In this document: in pieces, positions 42,258-52,140 of the stretch
Position numbering within the stretch: position 1 is the first letter of the stretch
Layout of the letters: each line of letters begins with the position of its first letter
DNA from: Candidatus Poribacteria bacterium
Lineage (GTDB): Bacteria; Poribacteria; WGA-4E; WGA-3G
Length of the DNA stretch: 64,000 nt
NCBI GenBank assembly: GCA_963665235.2
Contig: CAXXLX010000001.1
Span: 2,432,001-2,496,000 of the forward strand
Direction: 5' to 3'
The notes under the pieces: model-generated
Told to the model about the DNA's origin: nothing
Seen by the model: only the letters and a program-made list of their open reading frames with translations
Database searches by the model: none
Program-made: the position numbers and the translations under genes

Positions 42258-43034
42258 ATGAGAGGCATCCAGCTAAAGAGAGCAATTTTGGTGTGCGGAA
42301 TACTAATCTGCTTTAGTTTCATGAGCACGGTGCTAAGTTTCGCCAAACTCGATTCGGACGCAGCTTTGGGAATATGGTTTTTTAATGAAGGTAAAGACGG
42401 TACAGCAAAAGATTCCTCCAAAAATGGCAATGATGGCGAGATTGTCGATGCCCAATGGGTCGAAGGTAAATTCGGTCAGGCACTAAAGTTTGAGGGGGGT
42501 GCTCATGTTGCTGTCGGTGATTTTTCTGACTATACGGATAAAGTGTCGATTGTTGCTTTGATTAAGACTCCTGCAGCCCCCGCATGGTCTGACATCATCG
42601 TAGGGCCCTGCGGCGACGTTATCTTGACATTACAGAACAACAAATTAAATTTCGCTGGACAGTGCGCCCAACCGATTCCCCATAATACATGGTCTACAAC
42701 TTTGTTGAATGATGACAAGTGGCATTATATTGCGGGGACTTACGACGGTAAAACAGTGAAGGTCTATGTGGATGGTGAATTAGAGGCATCTAATGCTGCC
42801 GCTGGTGCATTTAAAACGGGGCCCAAGTATATCGGCTCAAGAGACGATAGGCAGGAGGCTTTCACAGGTCTCATTGATGAGCTCGCGTTTTTCAATGTCG
42901 CACTCTCGGATAATGATGTGAAGGCGATTGCAGAGAGTGGATTATCTATCGCTCTCGGTTTTGCAGCGGTTTCTCCGCAAGCAAAACTAACCACGGTTTG
43001 GGGGAAATTGAAAAGCGAAAAAGGAGCTCGCTAG
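42258..43034 (+). CDS. Secreted LamG/concanavalin A-like domain protein
   Basis: Signal peptide, GKFGQALKF, WHYIAGTYDG, FTGLIDE; C-terminal AVSPQAKLTTVWGKLK. Confidence 0.85.
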   Translation: MRGIQLKRAILVCGILICFSFMSTVLSFAKLDSDAALGIWFFNEGKDGTAKDSSKNGNDGEIVDAQWVEGKFGQALKFEGGAHVAVGDFSDYTDKVSIVALIKTPAAPAWSDIIVGPCGDVILTLQNNKLNFAGQCAQPIPHNTWSTTLLNDDKWHYIAGTYDGKTVKVYVDGELEASNAAAGAFKTGPKYIGSRDDRQEAFTGLIDELAFFNVALSDNDVKAIAESGLSIALGFAAVSPQAKLTTVWGKLKSEKGAR

Positions 43035-43046
43035 AGGCATAGGAAC

Positions 43047-44021
43047 ATGAGCATACTTGTAAACGAAAACACAAAGGTAATTGTTCAAGGTATCACCGGA
43101 CGCTCCGGACGTTTTCACACGGAACAGTGCGTCAATTACGGCACGCAAATTGTTGCCGGGGCTGTTCCCGGTAGAGGCGGCACTGATGTGAACGGCATTC
43201 CGGTGTTCGACACCGTAGCAGAGGCGGTCGCAGAAACAGGTGCAGACACATCGCTGATTTTCGTTCCTGCACGCTTTAATGCTGCGGACTCTATTATGGA
43301 AGCTGCCGATGCTGGTATTGAATTAATTGTCTGTATTTCTGAACATATCCCTGTGCTTGATATGGTGAAGGCGAAAGCGTTCCTTGATAGTACCGAGGTT
43401 ATCGTGAAACGTGTCCTTGCGAGTACGTGGCGGGAGTCGACAGCGTTACAAGGTAGTAGGTATTCTCCAGAGCCTGTACCCCCTATCGGTCGGAACAAGA
43501 CACGCTTAATCGGTCCGAACTGTCCCGGTATCATTACCCCCGGTGAGTGTAAAATCGGTGTGATGCCTGCGTTTGCGTATACCCCCGGTAATGTCGGCAT
43601 TGTCTCACGAAGCGGAACGCTAACTTATGAGGCTGCCTATCAGCTCAAACAGCTCGGCATCGGTCAATCTACTTGTGTCGGTATTGGCGGCGACCCCGTA
43701 ATCGGGACAAACTTCGTTGATATTCTGGAGCTTTTTGAGGAGGACGATGACACGCATGCCGTTGTCTTAATCGGTGAAATTGGCGGGACTGCTGAGGAAA
43801 AGGCTGCACAGTTTGTCAAGTACAAAATGACAAAACCGGTGGTCGGTTTTATCGCTGGACAGACCGCACCGCCCGGTAAACGGATGGGACACGCGGGGGC
43901 AATCATTACCGGCGGACAGGGCACAGCTGCAGATAAAATCCGCGCACTCAAGGAGGCTGGCATTGCTGTAGCGGACGACCTCACCGCCATCGGAAAAACC
44001 GTGGCAGAAGTCTTGTCCTGA
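43047..44021 (+). CDS. sucD: Succinyl-CoA ligase alpha subunit with a ~34-aa in-frame insertion
   Basis: [30 protein letters not shown]. Confidence 0.96.
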   Translation: MSILVNENTKVIVQGITGRSGRFHTEQCVNYGTQIVAGAVPGRGGTDVNGIPVFDTVAEAVAETGADTSLIFVPARFNAADSIMEAADAGIELIVCISEHIPVLDMVKAKAFLDSTEVIVKRVLASTWRESTALQGSRYSPEPVPPIGRNKTRLIGPNCPGIITPGECKIGVMPAFAYTPGNVGIVSRSGTLTYEAAYQLKQLGIGQSTCVGIGGDPVIGTNFVDILELFEEDDDTHAVVLIGEIGGTAEEKAAQFVKYKMTKPVVGFIAGQTAPPGKRMGHAGAIITGGQGTAADKIRALKEAGIAVADDLTAIGKTVAEVLS

Positions 44022-44039
44022 TACCTGGGAGGGGGGCAC

Positions 44040-44654
44040 ATGGCATTTAGCGATTTTAAAGCAATCCCTGACGTTCAAGAGAGGTTTGGGATTAAACACG
44101 TTGATAATGACTTTATTGAGCTTGAGGACATTGCAGATACCCCTTCAGCACAATTTCGAGAGGAATTAGAATTTAGTCGGCAATACATTGATGTTTTTAT
44201 CTCCGAGGGGGCCCGGTGTGAAGCGATTATCTTCCCTATTTTGCGGGAGGTCTACAAAGGTTATGCTGACAAATGTGCCCTCTGGATAAAAAGACCGCTC
44301 ACCTACGACGAAACCTTGAGCGGCACGCCAGATTATTTTATCTCCACACGTTCCGACTTGGGCATGCTCGTCGTTGGGGTACCCCTGATAATGATGGTTG
44401 AGGCGAAGAAGAACGACTTTGAGCAGGGATGGGGGCAATGCCTCGCGGAATTGGTAGCCGCACAAAAAATAAGTGCCGATTCTGAGTCCCCTGTCTACGG
44501 AATTGTGAGCGATGGCACTCGGTGGCAATTCGGGTGCCTCCTCGGCGATGCCTTCACCCGAAACAGAACAAGTTTTAGCGTGGATGATTTGTCTATGCTC
44601 TTTCGCGCGATTCATGCTGTTTTCAAAGCTGCAAGCGAGGCGCCTAGGCAGTGA
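44040..44654 (+). CDS. PD-(D/E)XK restriction-endonuclease-like hypothetical protein
   Basis: LSGTPDY...VEAKK...GWGQC...YGIVSDG. Confidence 0.7.
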   Translation: MAFSDFKAIPDVQERFGIKHVDNDFIELEDIADTPSAQFREELEFSRQYIDVFISEGARCEAIIFPILREVYKGYADKCALWIKRPLTYDETLSGTPDYFISTRSDLGMLVVGVPLIMMVEAKKNDFEQGWGQCLAELVAAQKISADSESPVYGIVSDGTRWQFGCLLGDAFTRNRTSFSVDDLSMLFRAIHAVFKAASEAPRQ

Positions 44655-44671
44655 GAATATGAAATCTCTAG

Positions 44672-44740
44672 CGGGCGAGGTGACCTCGCCCCTATGATAG
44701 TTACGTTAACATGCGGCGGGCGAGGTGACCTCGCCCCTAC
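44672..44740. repeat. Pair of REP-like palindromes
   Basis: GGGCGAGGTGACCTCGCCCCTA(T/C) twice; related copies at 51140-51162 and 54462-54484. Confidence 0.8.
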
Positions 44741-44777
44741 GATATTACTGCGTTCCATCACCATTCGGAGACCTTCT

Positions 44778-45608
44778 GTGAAGAAAGACATCGGTTTCTT
44801 ACACGCGAAAAAACAGAAATGTGAACCTATCACCGTGCTAACCTGCTACGATTATCCCACCGCATGCATGCAGGATGAAGCTGGTATTGACATCGTTTTT
44901 GTTGGGGATAGCGTTGGGACAAATATCCTCGGTTATAAAAGCGAGATGGAGGTCACGATGGCGGATATGTTGCATCACCTCAAAGCAGTTCGCCGGGGTG
45001 TGACAAGCGCGTACCTTCTCGTTGATATGCCTTATGCCGCCGACCAGAACGGGAAGCAAGCCGTTGCAAATGCCAATCTTTTTTTAGACGCTGGGGCTGA
45101 TGGAGTTAAATTGGAGGGCGGGACAGAAAAAGTTCCCATTGTTACCGCGCTTACCGAGCAGGACATAGCGGTCTGCGCGCACATCGGACATAACCCGCAA
45201 ATCCACGGCACTAAAGCGACTACGCACGGCAAGACTTATGCGAAAGCGAAACAACTCATTGAAACCGCGTCAGCCCTTGAAGATGCGGGGGCAAAGCTCA
45301 TCGTGCTTGAGAAGATCACCGAAGAGGTGAGCCAAATCATTACCGACTCTCTATCAATTCCCACTATCGGCATTGGCGCAGGACGATTCTGTGACGGACA
45401 GGTGCTCGTTATCAACGATATACTGGGTATAGGGCCACCTTTCAAACACGCCAAACGTTATCAGGATTACAATCAACGGACCTTTGAGGCGATATGCCAA
45501 TATAAGCAGGAGGTAGAAAACGGGAGTTTTCCGACAGATGCGAACGTCGCACACATCGCCGCTGACAAGTTGGTGCGGGTTAAAAAGTGGTTGGAATCAG
45601 ATAGTTGA
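44778..45608 (+). CDS. panB: 3-methyl-2-oxobutanoate hydroxymethyltransferase
   Basis: TCYDY, VGDSVG, VDMPY, VKLEGG, TIGIGAG; GTG start after GGAG. Confidence 0.95.
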   Translation: MKKDIGFLHAKKQKCEPITVLTCYDYPTACMQDEAGIDIVFVGDSVGTNILGYKSEMEVTMADMLHHLKAVRRGVTSAYLLVDMPYAADQNGKQAVANANLFLDAGADGVKLEGGTEKVPIVTALTEQDIAVCAHIGHNPQIHGTKATTHGKTYAKAKQLIETASALEDAGAKLIVLEKITEEVSQIITDSLSIPTIGIGAGRFCDGQVLVINDILGIGPPFKHAKRYQDYNQRTFEAICQYKQEVENGSFPTDANVAHIAADKLVRVKKWLESDS

Positions 45609-45615
45609 CATCCAT

Positions 45616-48600
45616 CTACTCGGTAATTGGCACAAAACTTGGATATTCTGGTGGAATGGAATTGTTCAACCTATCTAACATTTGGATGTAACGTTCTTTG
45701 TCGTTTGCATTCTTGCTTGCCTCAGCGATCTGTTTCCAAAAATAATCCAATGAAGAATTGGCAGATATGACACTTAAAGCATATTTGTAATTTCTTAATG
45801 CATCCTCATAGAGTTCATTCGCAATGGACGCATGTCCAAGTGTCATGACGTAGTAATAACTTGTCCCCGTATTCCCTTGTAACGCACGTTTCGCATATTT
45901 TAGTGCTGTTTCTGGAAAGAGTCCTTTTTCAAGGAGTTCTTCAGCAAACCGACGTTGGTAATGTGCCCTCTGCCCGTTGACCTCTTTCTGTCGAAGTTCC
46001 AACCACTTCGCGTTGGCAATTTCAGCTTTATCGGAATCACCCGTTTTATTGTAGAGGTCCCCTAAAATTTCGTACATGACCACACTCTCCTGCATTTTAG
46101 GTGCTATTTTTTCAAGAGTAGCAACGAGTTTGTGCGCTTGTCCTTCGTCAGCGTAAAGTTCATATATAGCCCAAATCAGTGAATTATGGGTATCTTGTCT
46201 GAAAGGTGCGTCTAATGCTCGCATATATACCGCTTCAGCATCAGCAATCAGGTTCTGTTTTATATATAAATTTGCCAATAGCATGTAGGGTGTGTCCACA
46301 TCAGGTCTAAGTTCAATCGCTTTTTCATAAGCTGCTTTTGACAATGCCAATTGTTCTGGTCCGATAGCTTTATAGACTGTTCGTGAATAAGGTTCAAGTT
46401 TTGCCTCCCCTATGAGTTTACCGTGGTGGTTAAAAGGCGAAGTATCGGAGATGCGTCCATCAGTCTCTTCGTCAAATTTCCAATAACCAATTAAACCGGG
46501 TTCATCCCCTTTGAGGTGTCTATTCATATCCGCGCGAATCTGTTGCTCAGTACGTGCAACGTTCCACAGACGCATCTCATCAATTTGTCCGACAAAAGAG
46601 GCATGCTCCCACCATTCTTCTTCATGAGAAGAGCCAATACGGAATGGAAGTGTGGTTTTACGTAGTGTCTTCGCCTGTTTAAAGTCATTTCTTCCAACTT
46701 CATAGCCGTTGATATAAAACTTCATGATGTTTTCTTTAGCATCAATGGTTCCCGCAACCTGGTACCATTTATTTTTTTCAATCGCATTTGGCGGCGACCA
46801 AATAAATTTTTGTCGTTTTCCGCCCGGGGATACATTAAAGATAAGTCTACCTTCATCAAACAACCAAAGCGTGAATTGACGATGCGAAATGTCCGGAAGC
46901 CGTTTGTCCCCTTTGAAGAACACCGCTGTATAGGTGTTTAGAAAATCTGTCGGTCTGATCCAAGCAGAAATCGTAACCTGCTCGGAGATATTATTAATGA
47001 GCTCGCTGTCCGTGATTTCCACGAAACTCCCATCTCCATCTAAGCTGAGTGCATTACTTTCAATTACTTTGTCTATCGGACGCTCCACTTTTTGAAACAG
47101 CTCACCTAACTTTAGGTACCACCGGATATTTTTAGATTGCCGGATATTTTTAGATTGCAGTTCGGTAAGTTTTTGATACTGCTTAATTGCTTGTTTAATT
47201 TGATCTGTGGCTTCATAACTTTCAGCAAGTTCCAAGATTGTGTTGGGCGCGTTAGGGTTCATCTCAACCCGTTTCAGTTGTTCCGGTATCCATTTTTCAT
47301 AGAGCTTTCCCTCTTTGGCGATTTCACGGATTGCCTTTTTTGCCCTATTTCGTGTGTCTAATCTGCTGGTTTTACTTGCCATTTCCTGATATACATCAAA
47401 AGCTTCTCCGTAACGTTTTGTTTGATGGTAGCTTTTAGCAAGTATTTCGCGCAAAGTCCCTTGAATCCCACTATCGTTATCATCTTTATCAATAGCGGAT
47501 TTGGCGAGTTCAATCGCTGGTTCGGACATCCCATTTTCAATACAGATTGTTGCGAGTCTGCCGAGAAACCACACATTATCTTTTTCGCTGTGGGATGCAA
47601 GTGCTCCTTTAGCCTGTTTGAGCATCTGTTTGGCTAGTTCAGGCTGTTTGTTTTTTTTCAATGCAGCCGCAGCATGATAGAGATAACGGACATCGTTAGA
47701 TTCTGTTTTGCCAAGGGCTTCGGACATTTCAGCAGATTTTTGATACTCCTTTTCATCCCAATAGATTTTTGCCAATATTCTGAGTGCCACCGGATTATCT
47801 CTGTTTTTTCCAAGTTTACCCTCATAATACCTTTTCAACGCTTCAAGTTTATCTTGACTTTTGAAAGCACTCATCAAAGTCAAAGTATCCCGGGCATTCT
47901 CTACATCGGACCTTGCTACAATTCCTGACGAAATAATATAGGCAGGTGCTTTATCATCTGTGTTGGAATTCACCTGCGTTTCGTAGGCATCTACGGCTGA
48001 TTCTATTTTCCCAAGTGCCACATACACCTTGAGCAATTCAGCAAAGATTCTTTCTGTCTGATAAGAATCAGTTGCCATGTCGCGTGCTCTCTTATAGGCA
48101 TCAAGTGCTCTTTCCAATTCACCGATTTTGTAAAAGTATTCGGCACGTGCTTTCTGCATCTCGAATGTGATTGTGCCATCATCTTCAGCTTTTTGTAGCT
48201 TCTCTTCCAGATTCCCATGATAGCGATAGAAACTGATCAGTTGTTGTTCAACATTCTGCCGCTCTGATGCTGATGTGGCTGATAGAATTGCCTTCTTCAA
48301 TGCGATTTCAGCAGCATCTATGTCCTCATTGAAAAAATGAAGTCTTGCAAGTTTGAGGTACGTTTGTTTATCACTGTGCCCCAATTCAATTGCTTTTTTA
48401 TAGTTGGCGATGGCTGCGGTTTCATTACCATCGGCTTCATATAGTCTTGCGAGTCGGACATAATGGACACCAACTTCCGGCTGCGTTTGAATGTATATCT
48501 GCGCGTGCTCAAGTGCCTCGTGGACTTTGCCAGCAGTTTGTAAACTGCTAACAAGCGCGTCTTGATATTCTATGTTTTCTGGGTCAGTTTCAAGCAGTTC

Positions 48601-48879
48601 ATGGTAGGTTTGTGCAGCTTTTTCGTGCTGATTTATGCGGATGTAAAGCGTTGCAAGTTGCACGCGAGATTCATCGTCTTCAGGTGCCGCTATCACAATG
48701 CGTTCGTAGATTTCTATTGCTTTTTCTATTTTGCCAAGTTTTACGAATTCTTGTGCCGCTGTGATGAATTCTTGTACCCCGCTATTTTCCGTGTCTTGTG
48801 CTTCAAGTCCTGCTATGAAAGCACCCGCTGTGATTAACATGAGCACGCCTAAGAAGAGAGACAATTTTGAGTGTGCCAT
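45616..48879 (-). CDS. Secreted TPR-repeat protein with inserted LamG domain
   Basis: Signal peptide, many TPR units, ALSLDGDGS...FVGQIDEMRLWN. Confidence 0.85.
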   Translation of the reverse strand: MAHSKLSLFLGVLMLITAGAFIAGLEAQDTENSGVQEFITAAQEFVKLGKIEKAIEIYERIVIAAPEDDESRVQLATLYIRINQHEKAAQTYHELLETDPENIEYQDALVSSLQTAGKVHEALEHAQIYIQTQPEVGVHYVRLARLYEADGNETAAIANYKKAIELGHSDKQTYLKLARLHFFNEDIDAAEIALKKAILSATSASERQNVEQQLISFYRYHGNLEEKLQKAEDDGTITFEMQKARAEYFYKIGELERALDAYKRARDMATDSYQTERIFAELLKVYVALGKIESAVDAYETQVNSNTDDKAPAYIISSGIVARSDVENARDTLTLMSAFKSQDKLEALKRYYEGKLGKNRDNPVALRILAKIYWDEKEYQKSAEMSEALGKTESNDVRYLYHAAAALKKNKQPELAKQMLKQAKGALASHSEKDNVWFLGRLATICIENGMSEPAIELAKSAIDKDDNDSGIQGTLREILAKSYHQTKRYGEAFDVYQEMASKTSRLDTRNRAKKAIREIAKEGKLYEKWIPEQLKRVEMNPNAPNTILELAESYEATDQIKQAIKQYQKLTELQSKNIRQSKNIRWYLKLGELFQKVERPIDKVIESNALSLDGDGSFVEITDSELINNISEQVTISAWIRPTDFLNTYTAVFFKGDKRLPDISHRQFTLWLFDEGRLIFNVSPGGKRQKFIWSPPNAIEKNKWYQVAGTIDAKENIMKFYINGYEVGRNDFKQAKTLRKTTLPFRIGSSHEEEWWEHASFVGQIDEMRLWNVARTEQQIRADMNRHLKGDEPGLIGYWKFDEETDGRISDTSPFNHHGKLIGEAKLEPYSRTVYKAIGPEQLALSKAAYEKAIELRPDVDTPYMLLANLYIKQNLIADAEAVYMRALDAPFRQDTHNSLIWAIYELYADEGQAHKLVATLEKIAPKMQESVVMYEILGDLYNKTGDSDKAEIANAKWLELRQKEVNGQRAHYQRRFAEELLEKGLFPETALKYAKRALQGNTGTSYYYVMTLGHASIANELYEDALRNYKYALSVISANSSLDYFWKQIAEASKNANDKERYIQMLDRLNNSIPPEYPSFVPITE

Positions 48880-48892
48880 TGAGATATATTCC

Positions 48893-50950
48893 CTATTCCG
48901 GTATTTTGTTCATGGAAGAGATTTTATCCCAGTCCCACAAAAGTACAGTTCCATCTTTAGAACTACTTGCAAGCGTTTTGCCATCGTGAGAAAATCGGAG
49001 CGTTTCGATTTCATCTGAATGCCCGGGATAAGTAGCCAACCGCTCTGCTTTTTCCAGATGCCATAATTCAACTGCATAAATAGTATCATTTCTGTTCATT
49101 ACTAGTCTGTTCCCAGTAATGCCAACAAGGAGGGTTTTACTATCTGGGGAGAATGTTAAGGTATTCACCTTTGCCCACTTGAGTTGAATCAGATGCTCAG
49201 TAAGAATTGTACTGGGTTTTCGCCCGGTGTTAAGATTCCATAAATGGATTTCGGTGTGAGTGCCGATAGCAAGAATAGTGTTATCAGGTGAAAATGCCAA
49301 GCTCTGGGCACTTCCGATAGCAAGTGTCGCAAGTTTTTGACCTGTGTTTGCATTCCACACAAGGGTTTCGTTGAAATTTCCGCCTGTAGCTAGGAGCATA
49401 CTATCTGGTGAAAATGCTAACATCCTGTCACGAACCTTGGGAAAGCTCACGGTTTCACGTCCAGTACTCACCTCCCATAAACGTATTCCGCTAAAGGCTG
49501 TAGTTGTGGCGATTAGTCTGTTATTGGGAGTGAATGTTAGTGTATCCGGTCTAAATTTTACTTGGAGCGTGTCGATTTCGACTCTAGTGTTCAGATTCCA
49601 TAACCGAATTATATTAACATTTCCCCATCCGGCGGTGCGTCTCTCAACATGGTATCCGTTTCGTGCAGATACAATTGCAGCATGGGTTGGACTCATGTTA
49701 ACAAAGAGGGAGGCATCTGATGAAAGAGCCATTGCTTGGGTCAGCGCGATAGGTGCTACAGTAAATGAATTTAGTTTATCTCCAGTGTTGATATCCCATG
49801 TTTGGATTTTTCCATTAAAGGTCGCGGTGACACATAACTTGTTGTCCGGTGAGAACGCAACTGCCCGTGTGTCCATTATGTGTTCTGTAGCAATAATAGA
49901 CAATTCTTTACCTGTGTTTACGTTCCATAAGCGGATGGTACCATCTAGACTACCGCTTGCAAGTGTTTTCCCATCGGGTGCAAAGACGAGTGTATTGATA
50001 GTATGCGTATGCGCTTTAAGTGTAGTACGGAGTTGTCCTGTATGAGCATCCCACAAATGTATTGTTTTATCAATGTCACCACTTGCAAGGGTAGAATTAT
50101 CTTCAGTAAACGCTATGGCAGTAATCCATCCATTGTGTCCTTTGAGCGTAGCCCGTTCGGTGTGTGTGGCAGTATCCCACAATCGTACTATCCGCTTTCC
50201 ACCGCCAGTAGCAACGGTTTTGCCATCAGCTGAAAACGTCAGGGTCATAATTCCATGGCTGGCTCTGCGTTTCTCTTTATTTGCTTGCTTTAAAAATTGA
50301 AGAACAGATTTCGTTTTCCGAGTGAGAAAACCTTCTTGTTCGAGGGACTTTAGCGGCAATAAAGTAATTTTTCCATCTCGAGTAACACCAGCAAAGGTAC
50401 TATTATCTCTAGCACAAGCCAATGGACCGCCTACACCAGTACTTTCCTTTTGCAAAAGTCTTCTTCCGGTAGCAATCTCCCAGCGTATAAGGGTGTTTTC
50501 TTCAAGCCAATTGGCATGCAAGCCGATGAGGTTTTTCCCATCCTTTGAGAAGGTAAGGGCTACACCATCAATATTGGGATGAGAACGGAGAGTTTGAATG
50601 TTTTTACCTGTTTCCAGGTCCCACAACAGAATGACTGGACTGGAACACCCACTACTTGCAAGAATACGGCGGTCAGGGGAGAGCACTATATTGTCAACGC
50701 CACCGGGATGTGGCGTGAGTATATTCTTCACGTCTCCGGTGTTAACATCGTAAATCCAAACACCGATATCGGTACCTACGGCAAGCTGAGTCCCATCGGC
50801 CAAAAACTGCATTGTGGTAATTTTACCTTTACCGATGCGAGCTATGGCTCCGTTGGGTAAGTTAATTTGTGATTCCTGCTGCGCGTAGATAGGTGGCAGC
50901 AGCATCGAAACAGATAGGAACACAATACAAAACATTCGTTTTATCGCCAT
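48893..50950 (-). CDS. Secreted WD40-repeat protein
   Basis: Signal peptide, LPNGAIARIGKG, repeated FSPDGxxLASG...LWD units. Confidence 0.9.
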   Translation of the reverse strand: MAIKRMFCIVFLSVSMLLPPIYAQQESQINLPNGAIARIGKGKITTMQFLADGTQLAVGTDIGVWIYDVNTGDVKNILTPHPGGVDNIVLSPDRRILASSGCSSPVILLWDLETGKNIQTLRSHPNIDGVALTFSKDGKNLIGLHANWLEENTLIRWEIATGRRLLQKESTGVGGPLACARDNSTFAGVTRDGKITLLPLKSLEQEGFLTRKTKSVLQFLKQANKEKRRASHGIMTLTFSADGKTVATGGGKRIVRLWDTATHTERATLKGHNGWITAIAFTEDNSTLASGDIDKTIHLWDAHTGQLRTTLKAHTHTINTLVFAPDGKTLASGSLDGTIRLWNVNTGKELSIIATEHIMDTRAVAFSPDNKLCVTATFNGKIQTWDINTGDKLNSFTVAPIALTQAMALSSDASLFVNMSPTHAAIVSARNGYHVERRTAGWGNVNIIRLWNLNTRVEIDTLQVKFRPDTLTFTPNNRLIATTTAFSGIRLWEVSTGRETVSFPKVRDRMLAFSPDSMLLATGGNFNETLVWNANTGQKLATLAIGSAQSLAFSPDNTILAIGTHTEIHLWNLNTGRKPSTILTEHLIQLKWAKVNTLTFSPDSKTLLVGITGNRLVMNRNDTIYAVELWHLEKAERLATYPGHSDEIETLRFSHDGKTLASSSKDGTVLLWDWDKISSMNKIPE

Positions 50951-51291
50951 TTGTTAGTTCTCCACAAGGTTGTAGGGGTTGGACATCTTCTTGTATGCTA
51001 ATTTTCGCAGCGTATTCAGGGAAAAGGATTTCGTAGCGTTTCAGTTAACTCCAAATCTCTATTGGCTCCCTATCAATATAGGACGGACGCAGCGCGTTGA
51101 TGAGTCGATAGGATAATAGGATTTAGAGGGAGACCTAGCGGGCGAGGGGACCTCGCCCCTACAATGCGGTTTCTGATGTTCAGTATATCATTAATCTTCG
51201 AGGAATGTCAAATTTTTTATGAAAAAATGCTGATTTTTACGGAATTCCGCCGCGCCAATGCGTAAACTTGTTTATGGGATTTTTCGACAGG

Positions 51292-52044
51292 TTATATGTC
51301 CAACGGCACCACGTCGGCATATACATAGGTGGGTGCGGATTCGGTGTGAATTTGATCATCGCTATCTTCGGAGGCCGACACAATAGCTCTTTGCACGATT
51401 CTGCCCGGTTTCGCGGCAATAGGCGAATGAAACATCGGGCCAGCAATGACACATGTATGGAACTCGCCATTTTCCCCAAGCGGGTCTACGCCATCGGGCA
51501 AATCGGCGATGAGGTCCGTATCAAACCAGCGTCCTGCTAAATCAGCGGGAACTTTGGTGGGATTGAGAGCGGTGACAATTGCACGCAAGCCGGATGCAAT
51601 CATCGTTTGCGCGAGCTGCGTTGTGTCCTCTCCCCAGACCGGAAAAATAGGTGTGAAGCCGGTGCCGCGCAGCTTCTCCTCTCGGTATTCACGGATGTCC
51701 TCAAGAAACAGATCACCGAATGCAAAATGGGAGGCGGTCATATCCGCTGGCAACGTTGCCACTTCTGCAAGAAACGCGCGCATCGCGGCTTCGTATATCT
51801 CATTAGAGCACGGGTACGGAATCGGTATCTGGTACAACGGCACACCGAGCTTTTCCGCTTGCTGTTTCAGCACCCAGCCGGGGGTGGAATGGATAGAAAC
51901 CCGGTCAAACGTCTCCGTGACGGTGGTAAAAATGCCGCGCACGTCGTATCGTTCCGGTTGTTGACGCAGTGTGTGAAGTGTCCACGCTGAATCTTTGCCT
52001 GAAGACCAGGAGACCAGAACTGGGGTGGGTGTTATGTTGTTCAT
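51292..52044 (-). CDS. PP-loop ATPase, Dph6/MJ0570-related
   Basis: SWSSGKDS, FGDLFLED, DPLGENGEFHT. Confidence 0.88.
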   Translation of the reverse strand: MNNITPTPVLVSWSSGKDSAWTLHTLRQQPERYDVRGIFTTVTETFDRVSIHSTPGWVLKQQAEKLGVPLYQIPIPYPCSNEIYEAAMRAFLAEVATLPADMTASHFAFGDLFLEDIREYREEKLRGTGFTPIFPVWGEDTTQLAQTMIASGLRAIVTALNPTKVPADLAGRWFDTDLIADLPDGVDPLGENGEFHTCVIAGPMFHSPIAAKPGRIVQRAIVSASEDSDDQIHTESAPTYVYADVVPLDI

Positions 52045-52140
52045 CTCTTTTGCCGTGTTAGTACCATTGAGGTTTTACCGTGCATCAACTGCTCCGCGCG
52101 GACAACCTCAATGATACACTAAGGATAAAAGCAGAAAATC

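Noticed and set aside
44694-44777. N-terminal extension of PanB (likewise sucC 34545, fabG 31393, fusA 17269)
   Set aside because: Extensions run through REP or intergenic DNA; downstream starts match the family N-termini.
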